DNA of 64,000 nt. Source: Bugula neritina (Eukaryota > Animalia > Bryozoa). Both the position numbers and the translations under genes were made by a program. Below, one piece after another: positions 29,201-44,086 of this stretch. Within the stretch, counting starts at the first letter, position 1; every line of letters begins with the position of its first letter. The notes below the pieces were generated by a model. It ran no database searches. It saw only the letters and a list, made by a program, of their open reading frames with translations, and was not told the origin of the DNA. The DNA lies in the NCBI GenBank assembly GCA_964035545.1, contig OZ037773.1, positions 9,081,751 to 9,145,750 of the forward strand, written 5' to 3'.

Positions 29201-32200
29201 ATAGTATAGTATAGTAAGTACAGTGTAATGAGTATAGTATAGTATATAGCTGTAGGTTTTGATGCTACAATACTAATATGTTATGCTACAGTACTAATTT
29301 CTGTTGTTGTGGTAGAACTGATTTCTGACGCTACAATGCTAATTTCTGGTGTTACAGTATGCCACTTACCCAAAGCAAAGCAGTAATTCTGGCCTTAGAG
29401 TAAGTATTAACATGATTGTGCGAGGACAGTACATGCAACTAGATGCCTGTAGTCGCTGGTACCTAAACTTCAACGGTGATGAGTGCAGAAACCCAGCAAC
29501 CATTGAACTGGTGGTTTATGCACTGAACAGCCCAAGTGTTCATCATGCTATTGACAGTAAGTATTGTAATTGTATTAAGTTGTGAGTTTTTTTGTTCAAA
29601 AAGTTAAAACAAATTGAGTAAGCAAATTGAAGCAGCATAAATCTTTCAACTTTGTAGAGTTAGAAGATTTCATAATATTATAAGGTATAAGTAAATGTAT
29701 TTTGTTTTCAAAAATTAGAGCTTTGATGCAAGAAAAGTGGCCTACACCAAATAGCTAATTACATTGATAGTATTTTCAGCATTTGCAGTTTTTGCCTATA
29801 TAAACAAAAAGGTACTTGCATTTACTATTAGTTGGGTAAACTTTTTCATTCATACATATATATCGTATATGACATATTAATTTTTCTAAAAAGTTCTGCG
29901 TGCTTTCTCATTAACTAATACAATTAGTAACAGAAAGTAAATATGGTTGTAGTTGATGGAACCTGCTATGGTATAGCATCTGGGGATGTTCTGATAGAGC
30001 TGGTGGTACAGAATACCTGTGGGGGACGTACTCCTAGCGACCCTCAGTCGGGATGGAATTCTGCCAGAACTATGGTGATGATGGAAGTGACATCATCGAG
30101 TCATCTCTTGCAGAGTCAGTAATTCATTCAGTTGTACTCTTTTTGTAAAGAAATAACTTAATGGCCGACTACAGTAAAGCTTGTGAGCTGGGATGTTTTA
30201 GTACACCTTTTAAAAAGTTGTGACAAGTTTAAGTTTAAATAATATAACTTGTATCTTACAAAGGTGATGATCCATAAAATGCAAAATCTTCTAGAATATT
30301 AAAATCTCTTTTATGATTTATATAATTTTAATAATTATTGGTTCCCAGGCAGACTGTGCTAATAACATGCTATTATTCATACATTTAGTTCAAAAACACT
30401 TAACTTTGTTTATTGAAATACGTTAACTATGTCATAATCATAGTGTCAGTTTTTAATACGAAAGTTTTTTACTTGTAGAAACAGGTATTGATGTTGTTTT
30501 TAGTTCAGTAACTGTGCTAGCAACAATCAAGTTTCATGCATGACCTTGAAGCATATCATACAGAAGTAGCAGCATTTAAATTGATGATTAGTCTGAATTG
30601 ACACCTAACTTGTGATATGTGTCAACCTTTTCACATGTGTCAACTTGTCACATGTGTCATGTGTCAACCTTATTACATGACACATGTCAGCCTGGTGACA
30701 TGTCTCACGTGTCAACCTTGTTACATGTTTCATATGTCAACCTTGTCGCATGAGACATGTCAGCCTGGGGACATGTCTCATGTGTCAACCTTGTTACATG
30801 TGTCAAGTTGTCACATGTGTCATGTGTCAACCTTATTACATGACACATGTCAGCCTGGTGACATGTCTCATGTGTCAACCTTGTTACATGTGTCAAGTTG
30901 TCACATGCTTCAACGTGTCAGCCTTATGATATATTTCAACCTTATGATATTTGTCAGAGTAAAAACAAGCTCCCACATTCTATATCAAGTGCTTGGTGTA
31001 CATACTTTACTTCCATCGAACAGTGCACCATTTACACACTATCACATAAAATGCTTTGAAACAGCAATGGCTGTTGATGTTTATAAGATTAGTAACCTTA
31101 CTTTAGTGTAATTAAATTGCATCACTAAGTTATTGCAACATTGCATTGCAATAAAAGTGAGCTACAGAACAACAAATAATGTTGAAAATATTACTAATGG
31201 CAGCAAACATACACAAGTCCTGTCCACAACTGAACGTCTTTAACTACGATTATCAAGTATGGAGAGAAAAGATAGATGTCACTACAAATCTGGAGCTGGG
31301 TGGCTTGCTGATAAATGTATGTAGATATGCTTTAAAGGAACATGTACTGGTATAATTATTTGACATGAACTGATAGTCATTGTATATTGTCATTTAGTAT
31401 TGTATGCAGTAGAGTTAGTATTGTATGCAGTAGAGTGTATTGTATGCAGTAGAGTTAGTATTGTATGCAGTAGAGTTAGTATTGTATGCAGTAGAGTGTA
31501 TTGTATGTAGTAGAGTTAGTATTGTATGCAGTAGAGTTAGTATTGTATGCAGTAGAGTTAGTATTGTATGCAGTAGAGTTAGTATTGTATGCAGTAGATC
31601 AGTGTGTGAATGTAGAAAGCGAACCTTATACCATGTGGTTGCAAATAGTCGAGAATAGATCACTATGTGGTTGCAGATAATTGATTATAGAGAACCATGG
31701 GAAGTGTAGACAATAGTTTATAGATTACGCTGTGATTGTAGAAGATAAATTATGAGAAGTTTGCTGATGATACCAGTCTAAGAATAAAGTACAGTGCAGT
31801 AACTACAGTTGTAAACTATGACTTAACAAGAGTGTTCTGTGCCAGATGGTAAGTGTGAACAGTATGCTTAATTCTACAATTCTTTATACAGCAAGACTGT
31901 GCATAGATAGTTATGTGACGTAGTCATGTGACATAGTCATGTGACAGGATGTGCATATATAGGGCTACTCTGTTGCAGGTATGTAAAGATTAATGGAGCA
32001 GAGTGTACGCCCACGCTAGACTACATCATATATGCAGATACACCGAGTCAATTAACTTACTGGGAACACTTTAGTACCGGAAGAACAGGTGCTCTGTGCC
32101 ATAATATATATATATATATATATATATTTTATATATATTAATTTATACATATGTTCTAACATCATTGCTGATATAGCCGAGGGAATCTGTGACAACAATC

Positions 32201-34487
32201 TTTCAGCTGGCATTCACTCAATCGAGATATGGATGGGACGTTGTGTTGGAGTCCGAACTGACCAACCAACTAGAACTATTTCTGGTGACTTCAACTCCCC
32301 TTCACGCCTGCATATAGAGGAAGTGAGAAGAGACCATGCTGTTGATGGAGGTACAGTAATATTGTGATAAATCACAAAATGGTATGACAGGTGTTTGTAA
32401 TATTTTATATGGGATTGTAATATAATTCAAGTGCTGAAACATATCCCTGTGTCATGCTACACAGAACTTAACTATACAATAAATAGCAAATTGCCATTTA
32501 GCTATACAATAAACAGCAAATTTTTATCTAGCTGTGCAAAAACCAAAAAATTGCCATTTGCTATCCAAAAAGGGTTTGATACATATAATACATAGAATTA
32601 GCCTTATTTCTACTTTTCCAGCTTCTGTAGTTGATCTGCCTTTTGTACAATGCGCTCTACTGGTTGCAGTTTCGTCCAAAGCTGAGACTTACAGAAGCCA
32701 CACAGGAAAGATATTCAGACACTTTTGGCTCTGGTCTCTACCGCATTTTGGAAATCAGGGAGAGATTGCATCTTTGACATACTACAAAGAGTTTGGCGAT
32801 ACCGCATTGAGGTTGACGGCCAGTGGCGTCCACAAAATAGAGAGTATCGTTGGAAACGGACTCTGTGGAAGATGGTAAGCTGGTATAGAGAAAGGGGAGG
32901 AGGGGAGAGGGAGGAGGGGGAGAGAATGGAGGAGAGGGGGAGGCAGAGGGGGATGAGTCTATTTGAATATTAGCTCTTTAATTTATTTTCTGTTATATAT
33001 TAAAAATCCTTGTTAATTATAGAACTTTAAACAAACTACATTTGAACAAAGGTATACAGACTCAAAGTTTTAAGGTGATAATCATATTGATTTAAGCTTA
33101 GCATGACACATGCAATGCTTGCTTTTTACTTCCTTCAACATTGCCACAATTTGATATATGAAATAATAAATGTTTTATCACTTTCCATGCAATTAGAGCA
33201 GTTATGAGATGTAGGACTACACATCTGATAGTAAAATTCTGAGCTTCACTATAGTTGCATCTAAAACTAAGTTAAATATTGCTTCAAACTCCTTCAATAT
33301 ACTATAACATTTTTTGTTAACATTGTGACTATGACAGCAACTAAAACTTTAACTCTAGAATGTTACTGACGTGACGCTCAATGTTTTATTCATAACACAA
33401 CATATTTTTATTATATTTATAATTTGATACTAGTCAAAAACAATTGGCTATACTAACTAATTTTGTGGATTGTTTATGCATGTGTTTTTATTTTATTTAT
33501 GTTAGACAAGAAAATCTACAATAAAATTGACAATTTTAAATTTTGGCAACTATTCAACCATTTTGTACTTTAAAATTTATTTTTATTCCTCCAAACCCTC
33601 ATTTTTGCAATATATATTAAAGCTGTTATAACATTATATATAAAAAGAAGGAATTATCTATGTATATCTACGTATAAAAACATTGTGTTTAATTAATTGT
33701 TCAACATTTACTTGACAATTAGTTACAGTTTAAAATCTCTGTAATACTTTCATAAATTATACTTATTGATTACAGTTTTCATATAAATTATAATAATTTA
33801 TTATGCTTGTATTTAGGTATTTTATGATAGATGGATCTGAGTGCACAACTCCCGGTAGAATTGAGGGAGTGACCTTTATTAAAGCTAACACCAACTACCA
33901 CCACCCCAAACAAGGTGAGTGTTTCTACCAGATGATGTATAAAGATTACATATGAATGGGCATACAACTCCATAGCAGTATATGTCACTATGTTTCCAAG
34001 CTTTGCATTATAAGAATGAAATTTTTATTCGATGCATGTTGGGAAAGAGTTGCATTGAATGAAACTAGAACCATAAGTTCATGCAAGCCGAAACCACAAA
34101 TTCATCGTAAGAGCATCCATTCCCAAAATGCGAAGAAATGGAACGTGTTCTTGTTACGCTATGTATACTACAGATACTATAATTTGCGTATTTTTACTGA
34201 ATATTAATAGTATTGTAATTTCTCAATAGTTTTAATTGTGACTTATGTATAGCAACATTGCAGTGAGCGGAATATGTCTGGACATACCAAGAGGAGACCA
34301 CATGGTATCCTACATGGCTATCGGTTGCTTAAACCAAGACATGGCAATGTTCTACACTGGATTTGCCAGCTCCTTCCATATATTTGTGGAGGAGTTGAGA
34401 ATTGAGTCTTCTACGATATGTTCTGGTCTCCCCGTCAACTGTGATATACCTCTACTGCCCCCTGACCTAGCTTCTTACCTGGACTAG
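26226..34487 (+). CDS. Secreted protein, paralogue A: signal peptide + PAN/Apple-like + Cys-rich module + 3x CTHRC1 C-terminal domain, ~642 aa, 14 exons
   Basis: Exons 26226-26301, 26765-26932, 27171-27271, 27595-27685, 28477-28577, 29358-29556, 29953-30114, 31204-31316, 31742-31848, 31979-32088, 32177-32350, 32670-32874, 33817-33914, 34264-34487 sum to 1929 nt, open. Signal peptide MFSKILWLKLLLLCLQSGFAVC. PAN-like SLAECVTNC..CNS..LCYE. Three repeats of K..S/T.LR..C.RWY...G.EC...(I)E..V.G.C...G...C..GWNS/GDFNS/GFAS..IEE match the CTHRC1 C-terminal domain pattern. Confidence 0.88.
26410..26570. repeat. (AATAT)n microsatellite
   Basis: Visible. Confidence 0.9.
27799..28310. repeat. (CTACA)n/(CTGCA)n pentamer satellite
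   Basis: Visible; explains the HYTTL/HCTAL ORFs. Confidence 0.95.
30617..30925. repeat. Composite ACATGTGTCAACCTT minisatellite
   Basis: Visible. Confidence 0.9.
31395..31598. repeat. 21-bp minisatellite (GTATTGTATGCAGTAGAGTTA)
   Basis: About 10 copies. Confidence 0.95.
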
Positions 34488-34873
34488 CTTTATCAGCTAT
34501 TTCAAATGACAACCAGAAAACTTTTGCTTTTTGATTAAGTAGTTGCAGAAGTTGTGGTAGAACCATAGACATTGTGATTGTTGTTCATCATTGTTCTATG
34601 TTGTTGTATTCACAGTGTAGTCAGTATTTGACTATTATCTAATCTCTACGACCTGTTTGCTGTAAAAATAAGTATATCATAAAAACATTGTTACTTGATG
34701 ACTTATAAAAATAAGGAGACTATAAACTTATAAATAATGTAGTCTGTTGTTTCTCATATTTAATTTGTTATTGAAGATATAATTAGCTATTCTATGGCAT
34801 GCTTATTCATAACTGGGTATGATTAGGTGTAATTAAGATGCAAAAGCAAATTTTCCGTCAAATTTAATTGCAG

Positions 34874-34920
<47 letters not shown>

Positions 34921-36800
34921 TTAATAGTAACTATTATTATTTAAAAAAGATTTAAAAAAATATTCTTTTGTGTTAAGAAAGTATGGTTTGTGCCTTTGTC
35001 ATGGATAATTTGTGGATAAGATACATTTTTAATAATTTTTGTAATTTTTGCTATGCACAGTTAAGGCTGTCCATTGTTTGTGTAAAAATAATTGTATGAA
35101 CAGTGAGATTATAGAGTGTTTGTTATAAATAAAGGCTTCGCTTTTCTCACTATTTGAGATCAAGCTTTTGTGCCCTATTAGCTATTACCAATTCGGCTTA
35201 TAGTTACATACGCACAGTGCTGATAACTGCAGAAACTTGAACAGATAGTTTACTTTAAAAGCTAAGCAGACTGCTACATTGAAAGCTTGCTTTTATTAAT
35301 GCAAATCTAAGATTTTGAATTGTTGGTGCTTTTCTATTGCTCATACCAATTGCAAAAATTATTAGCCAGGCATGGAGGAGAAAACCACCAGAACCCATAG
35401 ACTATTATAGTTATATGGTTACAAAACTGGTTGAGAAAAAAGCTCAGGTGTATCAGGAAATTGTGTTTGAAAAGCATTGATTGGATATATATTTAAAAAT
35501 CAACTTTGTCAAACTGTTGTACAATTTTATGGATCAAAGGCTAAAAGAAAGAGTAGTCTAGCCTGTGATATCAAAATGATAAACAGAAAGTTGGTGCTTC
35601 TAAGCTAAGCAAATGACTTGTTTGAGTGATCATTGAGATCATGAGTGGTCAATTTGAAACTGGAGTAGATAAAATTTAATTGATAACGAAAAACATAGGC
35701 AGTTTGATATTTTCATCAATTGTGTCAAACAGAAAAATTTTAAATACAGAAATTATCTATGTATCACAGGTCGAATACTGTGGCAAGCATCAACTTAACT
35801 GATCAACTACAGAAACATTCAGAAAATCAAAAACTGCGAGAAATACAAAAAATGACTACATTATAGTTGCAGCTGTAACATTACGAGAATGTATATAATA
35901 TAACTATATGGAATATTGATTGAAACAAACACATGAACTTTTTGTTTGGAAATTTTGAATACATTTATTGTTGTTGAGTTCTTTTAAAAAATCTAAAATC
36001 TATCAATATATATGTTTTACCCAGATACGATTCTTAGAATTTTATTTTTTAGCTTTTATGATATCAGAACCTATTAGTTTATGCTCTAATTTTCCTCTGA
36101 AACATATGTAATGTTGTGTTATTTACTAAAGCATCATGAGTGGAAAATATTTGCAAAGCAATATTGATGTGTAAAAGTGAGGCTATATAATAGTAATATA
36201 TGAATAAATGTAATGAGAATATAATTATAAACATAAAAAGGGAGTTGTTTGACATCATATACTTAGTTTCTAAATCGATTCAACAAATACAAATACTGTA
36301 AAATGGGAATTAATTAATAATTAATTAATATTTATATACAATTTTAATTTCTAAGAGAACCCTCTGAAGCATTTAATTTAAATACTGGTTTTCTGAATAA
36401 TTAAAAAGTTGCATTCAATTTTATTTCCTTTGAAATTATATATTAGTAAACAAAACTACAATAAGCATTTGGAACATCTATATTTCTTTATGCCAACTAT
36501 AATAAGGCATATTTGCCTTGCTGTTTAGGCTGTTACAAAATAGTCACCAGCTTTTCATTGGTCAATGTTTCAACATTTATGGTCCCAATTACTAAAAAAA
36601 AAAACAGAAAGGCAGTGCGTCAACTAGGAGGTAAATGTTTAGAAGATTGGCTCTTCAAAAATAGAGCATACAAACTATATATTACAATTAATTACTGTTA
36701 TTGCAGTGAAAAGATATTAAAGGTTGGTGTCCAAATATTTGCTAATGTCAAATTATTACTATATTATTTTTTTACTATAGCAATATTAAACTATAGTGTT

Positions 36801-36934
<134 letters not shown>

Positions 36935-36983
36935 ATAGGTATACGAGAAACATTGTTATTTATTACTTTATTAGGTAAAGTAA

Positions 36984-37029
36984 TTACACTGATATTTCGG
37001 GTACCACTGTACCCATCTTCAGAGTAGCA
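36984..37029 (-). ncRNA. Mirror copy of the minimal hammerhead motif
   Basis: Exact reverse complement of 37035-37080 within the palindrome. Confidence 0.65.
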
Positions 37030-37033
37030 TTCA

Positions 37034-37080
37034 TTGCTACTCTGAAGATGGGTACAGTGGTACCCGAAATATCAGTGTAA
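37034..37080 (+). ncRNA. Minimal type I hammerhead ribozyme motif (Penelope-like-element type)
   Basis: Core CTGAAGA at 37042-48, one extra T, stem II GGGTAC-agtg-GTACCC at 37050-65, GAAA at 37066-69, palindromic stem III A-TA-T, cleavage-site C at 37073. Stem I: ttgc(t)act pairs with agtgtaa. Confidence 0.7.
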
Positions 37081-37159
37081 TTACTTTACCTAATAAAGTA
37101 ATAAATAACAATGTTTCTCGTATACCTATTTATAATCAAATTGCTAGCTCGTAAAGATA

Positions 37160-37230
<71 letters not shown>

Positions 37231-40200
37231 TTAAATGTGGTTTCATAGGGGGCTGCTCATAGGGGGCTTATATGCATTTGGTATATTTCGATACCATAGG
37301 GGGCCTATAAACAGAGCCCCCTCTGTTATCAGAATATATCATATTATTTTTACTTTGAAATTGTCTTCTCATTTTTACTTTTTGAGTAATAAAAGCTATA
37401 TTACATTTGTACTATGCAAAGTATAGAAACTCAATTGGCTTTGTTCTACTTTGTCTGCTATAATTAATTATCCAACAATTTCAGTTAACAAAAAATTATT
37501 TTTCAACTTTTATTCATACTATGCCATTACTCTCTGTAAGGAACTGATATAGCCATGCATTCAAAATAAAAAAAATTACACTTCAATTTCCTATGTTATG
37601 TATTTCCTTTTTAAAATCGAATAAGGATTTTCATGTCTAATAATTCGAAGTGCACCCTGTATCATCCTCATTACATTTGTTGATGTTTTGCTTATTCTTA
37701 TATTTTGTTTAGGTAATGAAAGTTGTATATATATATTTTTTTATATAAAAGGAAAAGTTCAATTAAATTGAACCAAGTGTATATAGTTTTAAACTGTAAA
37801 AACAAGTACTTTGAAAAAGAAATTGCACGTCATTCAATAAGCAAGTGAAGTAAAATATTGTAATAGCAAAAATAGAATAGCAGTTAGTTGACAAAATACA
37901 GATATAATTAATTAATTAAAAGTTGCCTCAAATTATTATAAGCCTATATTGTATACTTAAAGAATGAATGAAACGTATAATGTATATTTTATTTTAAAAA
38001 TTACTCAATTTGATTGCAGCCAGTTTATACTGTAATATCTAATATCTATAGTATTTTCCTGTATTAAAAAATATGTGTGTTAAGTTCATTTAGCTACCAT
38101 GCATATACCTACTATAATTCGGACAAATAAGCAAGATAAAACTAATTTCTAAACTAGCTATATATTCTAAAGTCTTTTAATAAAAAACAATTGGATAGAT
38201 AGCACCACTATATAGGTATTATACTAAAAAAACGGCCAAGTATGCACTTCTATTTACCAGATGCTAAACGATTTGCTTCAAAGGCTTATTTTTGAAGTTT
38301 TACTAGCTATTCCTTTCATTAAATCAACCGTATAGGTACAGTATTTTGCAGATTTCTTAAAAGTCTGCCTCGGTGATTCTTTGAACAGTTATATAGATAG
38401 CAATTTGAGAGCACTGTTTGTAATCAATCATTAAAGAACACGCAGAACACCATTGCTTTAAACTAATCTTAAGAATATTAGCACATTTTCTGCACTTCAT
38501 CTTCATGATGCATCATATGAGAACAAAATGTCCTACTAATATTTTTGTCATTGCTAATATTATTTGAAGTACTAATGCACAATAGGCTGATAATTTTTTA
38601 ATACTTATTTCAAAATAATTATAGTATTCTATTTGAATTTACATAACAAAGAGACTTGTAATATATGATAAGATTAAACCAATTAGAATATATTTTTCAC
38701 AATCATTTATATCTGAAAATGTACTTTGAACTGTGATTCTTTGCTATAGTGCACACAAAACAGTCGGCTAGTACACTTTCATATGCTCTAAAGTCTATAG
38801 CGATTAACTCAACGCTTCAGTAAAATATATTGAGTTAAAGCTGAATGTAAGGCTACTAATTATATGCTCTTTCTTCTCAAACCCATATCTGAGTTCTTTT
38901 TTTAAATGCTTTACGGAGCACAAATAAGAGCAACCCCTAACTATATCTTTCACAGTTGCTAATATATAAAATAGTGCTTCTTAAAAAACCTGAAGCTATG
39001 TGTACTAAAACAAAATTTGAAAACCATGTTGTCTAGCCTTTTATAAGCTATTGAAACTTTTTGTTGGCTAGAAATGCAGCAGTTACACTACAAATTACTC
39101 TTTAATTGCAATAGCTTCAAAAGAAATATATTAGCAAGCTTCTGAATGTGCCTTGATTTTTTTTTCAATCTTTAGCAGTAACTTTTATAGATTTAATGTT
39201 AACAATTAGTGGTATAATATACAAGCTTCTTCAAAACTGCTCCCAACTCTTAGCAATTGGGCATTTTGTTTGCATGAGCAGACGTTTCAGAACTCGTCTC
39301 TGTTACTGCTTTTACGTACTTTTTATTTAATCTTGTACTGGTAAACTACATTTTCTTACTGGCCTTACCTGGCATAAATATATTGACAATTCAAATATTG
39401 GCACTCAACAATTTGTAAGCTAGGATAGCAGTTTATGCACAATCGCACTATATATGCAACTGGTTCATCTCTCTTTTTGTCCTAATGCTAGAGAGACAAA
39501 TCTAACATAATATTTATGACAAGCACCAGATTTTTTCCTTTTTTGTTTGTTTGGGTATCAGTCTACTACTAGCATTACGACATAGCCTTGTAAACTAAGA
39601 CAAGTAGACAACTTTCCTTCTACAATGTGTAAGTCATCTTCCATTGAAATACAGAATGTTTAATGCATGCTTTATGAACATCAGCAAGACTTTCCTGGTA
39701 CTTTATAGTAATATATTATTAAATTTTTCTTTCAATTATTTTCCGAAACTATTGTGTGTAACACAATGCTACTTTAAATCTTAATTAAACAACTTGGCTA
39801 TATAATTACAGGTTATTAACTAAAGCTTGCCAATTTTCACAAAAGCTAAACTTCAGAATAAGCAATTTTGGCTTGCTTTGTTGATAGCCTACCATGATAG
39901 AGAGCAATCCAGCAAGTTGAGTATGGGGTAAATGTTTCAATTTGTTTTAAGTTTCATCAACAGCTCTTTCAGTAGCTCTTTTCACAAATTGATAGAACAA
40001 AATAATGCAAAATATTGAGGTAGAGATACAAACTGAACAACAATGTATGGTGCTACCATTAAACATGTTTTTACTTTGAGAATATTTTAAAATTGATTTA
40101 TCTTGTAAGAGCAAAATGTAACAGGTATCTAGTCATAAAAAGCAATTTGAATCCTTCGATCTGCAAGCCAGAGTATGGCAAGTAAAGCACCCTGGACTAT

Positions 40201-40367
40201 CAATAGGTTACAATTGCTAGATGGTGCTAAATAGTGCTAGTTCTTCATTCTTAAAGCCTAGGGCCTAGAGTAAATAGAACAGCCTACAAACTAATAAATA
40301 ATTAGGTAACTGACTGAATAGATAGAACAAACACTGCTACACTGCAGGAAAGCTTCAAGTGAAACTA

Positions 40368-43300
40368 CACAGAGAGAAATATTAGTGTTAGAGTGAACAT
40401 AAGCTGACAACTAAAACCTCTCGTTTTTTGGATCCCTAAATTGACCAGCAGTGAATAGAAATTAGTGTCAGGTACTGTTCACAGTGAATAGTATGTTAGA
40501 TCAATGTTGATATAAAGAGTTGTGAAGTTGATTCTTTGTATTTATCACAATGAGCCAAATTATGTTCAATGGTGATCTTATATATGTTCAATGGTGAGCT
40601 TATATATTTTCAATGGTGATCTTATTTATGCTCAATAGTGATATTATATATGTTCAATGGTGAGCTTGTATATATTCAATGGTGATCTTATTTATGCTCA
40701 GTAGTGATATTATATATGTTTAATGATGATCTTATTTCTGTTCAATGATGATCTTAGATATGCTCAATGCTGAACTAAGTTATATTCAAAGCTGAACTTA
40801 TAAATGTTCCATGCTGCTCTAATTTTCGTTGGAAATAAGCTGCTGCAAAAATTATTACTGATCATTCTGAACTAACTTGTCATAACTTTTAACCAGTATG
40901 AGAGTATAGTAATGTGGATTTTATTGTATATGATAGTTGAATATAAGAAATGCAACAAAAAATAATTTCTAAAGATTAAAATAAGAAAAAAAAACATGAA
41001 AATAAACATTTGCAGAATTTTTCTACGACTGTAAATTCAGTTAACTTTTCTCAATATTAGCAGAATCTGCTAAGACCATAGTGTGTGTCATTACATTCTT
41101 GCTCTGTAGTGTAGCGTTAACCAAGCAGTTGTGGTGTGTAATGGTTAGCACACCTGTGTGCAAGTCCGAGGTCTGTGATAGTAACCCAAGTACGGGAGGG
41201 GGGAGGGGGAAGTTTTATAACTAATTCCAGTAGTTAGTAAAATGTGGTAGAACTCCGAGAGGAGTTGAGTGGTCAGGGAAGCTTGAAGGAGTAGTATAAA
41301 AAAGGCAGCTGGGTTCTTGAGAAGTGGGTGAGGTGTAGTGTCGAGAGCACCCAGTGAAGCTTGTAATGTAGTGGTGAGTGCGCCTGCTTGCTGGCTGAAG
41401 GTCTCAGCATGATTCAAAGTTTGTAGCGGTCAAATTCTTTTTTGTGCTCTTATTCAGCATCTTTGAGTGCATGGTCTTAAAAAATGTTATGGGATCTACA
41501 ACAAAAGATAAAAGTTGGGTAATATTTAAACTGTATTAGTATAAACAGTAAACATTTGGTTAAGATATACAATCACAAGCAGCGTAAATAAATTAAGTTC
41601 AACTTTGAAGAAGCTGAAGTCTAAGGCCAAAACTAATAGTATCAATGATGTTAGCTACGAATCTTTCAGCATATTTTCAGCACCATCGTACCAATCGTTT
41701 GATTCTGAATAACCATACAGGCTTGGGCAAACTTAGGTTGCGTAGTGTTTGGGTTAGTTTGAGCTTATCAAAATTTACTAACAATTTTTGCCATCATTTT
41801 ATTTTACTTTTTTCTTAATTACAAATGCAAGAGCTGTTGGGCATAATTAGTTTAGTTAATAAAAGCTTCTCTGCATTGAAATTATCTCAAATTGTCAGCG
41901 AATCACAATTTAAGCTGGAGTCAGCATTTTATATGGACCCCTCATATCGAGATAACAGATATTGATAAGTTTCAGTATGTCTATAAATTGAAAAACAAAT
42001 AAAGTACTACCAAGAAAAATATTGCTACTTAAACTTGTTTTTATATTTAAATAAAAGAATAAACTGGTGGCATGGAAGTTAATGAAAAATTTTGCCAACT
42101 TTGCCAACTCACCACTAATATTGGCATTTTGGTACTTAGCTATAAAACAAGAAGCTAGCTTGGCAGCTGATTAAGGCTAATAACTACTTGTAGGCTGCTA
42201 AACTGCATTATTAACAATACTTCTACAATGGGGGAGGGAATTCAAATTAATGAATTTAGCACAAATTGCTAGAAGGTGAAGTGGAAATAAAACGCTAAAT
42301 TTTTTGAAAATAGATTGTTACAGGAAAACTTATCAAATTGATATAGGAATAGAGTAGTTTGGGAATTATTAGTCAATGTGGTCTCTTAAAAGTTATGGTT
42401 GCACAAATTCAATTATCTGTCTACAGCAATAGTCATACTGTCATTGTGATATCAAATGACAACGTTAAGCAAATGATTGGGCTTACCTTTTGCTGCAATG
42501 ACAACTTCAGTTCCTAACTCTGAAAGAAAGTGATCATCTTCTATCTCTGAGAGGTAGCTGCAATCTTTACCCATGTGATGAAATGATTCAATGTTTTCCA
42601 TGTTGTGGGGTTGTTTGGAATCACAAATTCATTGAATCTCAAAGCACAACCTCTTAGTCTGAGCCTCTGGTGTTCACTATGCCGGCAAAATATTTCTTCT
42701 GTCAATAGACCTGACTGAAAACTATGTGCTGTTATGTAATAACCTTTGCTTTGCTCTGTCACTGCTTGGTAAGCCAGTTTCTTGCCTTTGAATTACAATT
42801 TAAATATTTCCTTACTATAGCTCTGTTATGCAACATCTTCTTTTGTTCCACCGGGTAGTTTACACAAGTTTACACAAGGCTTTTGAAGTGGTTCACCTGA
42901 TCCACAATTGACTATTCAGTAGCTTGTTTCATTGTTAATTTTAAGCTTCTTGTTTGAAACACATTTGCTGATAACTGAGTACATTGGAGTTTAATGGTGC
43001 ATCTCCCTGATTTCTCTTTTACACACATTTTAAATTAGTTGGCTTTCCTTTCCATGAATGAAATTGACTAGTGAAGCCTAAACTACCCATGCAAGAGATA
43101 CGTGCAGTTGAAATTTTTTGTTGATAAATTCAACTTAAGTCTTTGATAAACGGAGTGGGGCAATTGTTAATAGTAGTCTGGTAACAAGCTATTTGAAAAT
43201 GTCTTGGGTTCAAAAAAATTTCGAAATCATAAACAGCTAGTAGGTTGAAGGAGTTTCATTCCACTTATATGCTCCCAGGTTAGGTTGTATTTTTTGTTTT

Positions 43301-44086
43301 GGTACTAAGTATTATATACCTATATACCCTTATATAACTTTCATATCAATTGCTAAACATAAAATAACCATTAATATGATATATTTGCAATAATATTTCA
43401 ATTTTTCCAAATTTGTGTTGAAAAAAAGCATTAAATGCATTAATAATAACATTTTTTCAAAAAACAAAAAATATAGTAAATGCAAAATTAATAGGTTTAT
43501 GCAGAGCAAAGAAATTTATTTGTGTGCCAATTATGAAAAGCAATTGACTCAAATTTATTTAAATACACATATATTTTAATAGTATTCAAATAAATTGCAC
43601 GTAAAATGTATAAATAGTATCTAACTGGGAAGCACCAATTGAAATGACCCAAATGCAGGGTTCAACTCTATCCTAGCTTCCTATAAAGGTTTGTGATCAT
43701 CATTAGTGCACATGTGAACGAACAACGTTGTTAGGTGAACAACTGCCGTTTGTTCCATAATTCTTATGTAAATAAAATTTTGCTTGAACATATGTAGTTG
43801 TAGCATTGATCTCACTTTCTGCTCCTATCAACTACTGTTTAGCTTGATTCAGACCTAGGGATGATGATTACGTAATACTTGTGAAAAGTAGCATTGACTT
43901 AACAACTAAGTGGTTTCAGAGCTACTACAAAATATTTTTCAGCTTACACTAACCGGATTAATTTTCAATTTCATCAAAATAAATGCAGGTCTAACAACTA
44001 TTAGAGGTGTGGTGCAGGCTATACCAACAATAAAAGGCTCTTTGAACAACTTTAGTGCAAGCGCTGCACTAATATTTCTCTCTGTG
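40368..44086. mobile_element. Nested 3.7-kb CMC/EnSpm-like DNA transposon (non-autonomous or decayed)
   Basis: Perfect TIRs CACAGAGAGAAATATTAGTG (40368-40387) / CACTAATATTTCTCTCTGTG (44067-44086), each flanked by TA (putative 2-bp TSD). Subterminal GTTCAA-type repeats at 40555-40800. Confidence 0.65.
41145..43000 (-). pseudogene. Decayed spliced accessory gene inside the CACAG element, possibly BEN-domain-like
   Basis: Stop-interrupted frame ...GLLTEEIFCRHS...PTTWKTLNHFITWV...EVVIAAK ends at a GTAAGC donor (~42487) and continues in phase after a TTGTAG acceptor (~41495) as IP*HFLRPC...; domain assignment is tentative. Confidence 0.35.

Noticed and set aside
32622-32669. Upstream in-frame acceptor for paralogue A exon 12
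   Set aside because: The acceptor at 32670 gives 205 nt, identical to the paralogue B exon, so it is preferred; the upstream site remains a possible alternative.
43620-44065. EPFIVGIACTTPL / TNDDHKPL as Mutator transposase motifs
   Set aside because: They lie in the repeat-rich subterminal region of the nested CACAG element, so the resemblance is probably chance.
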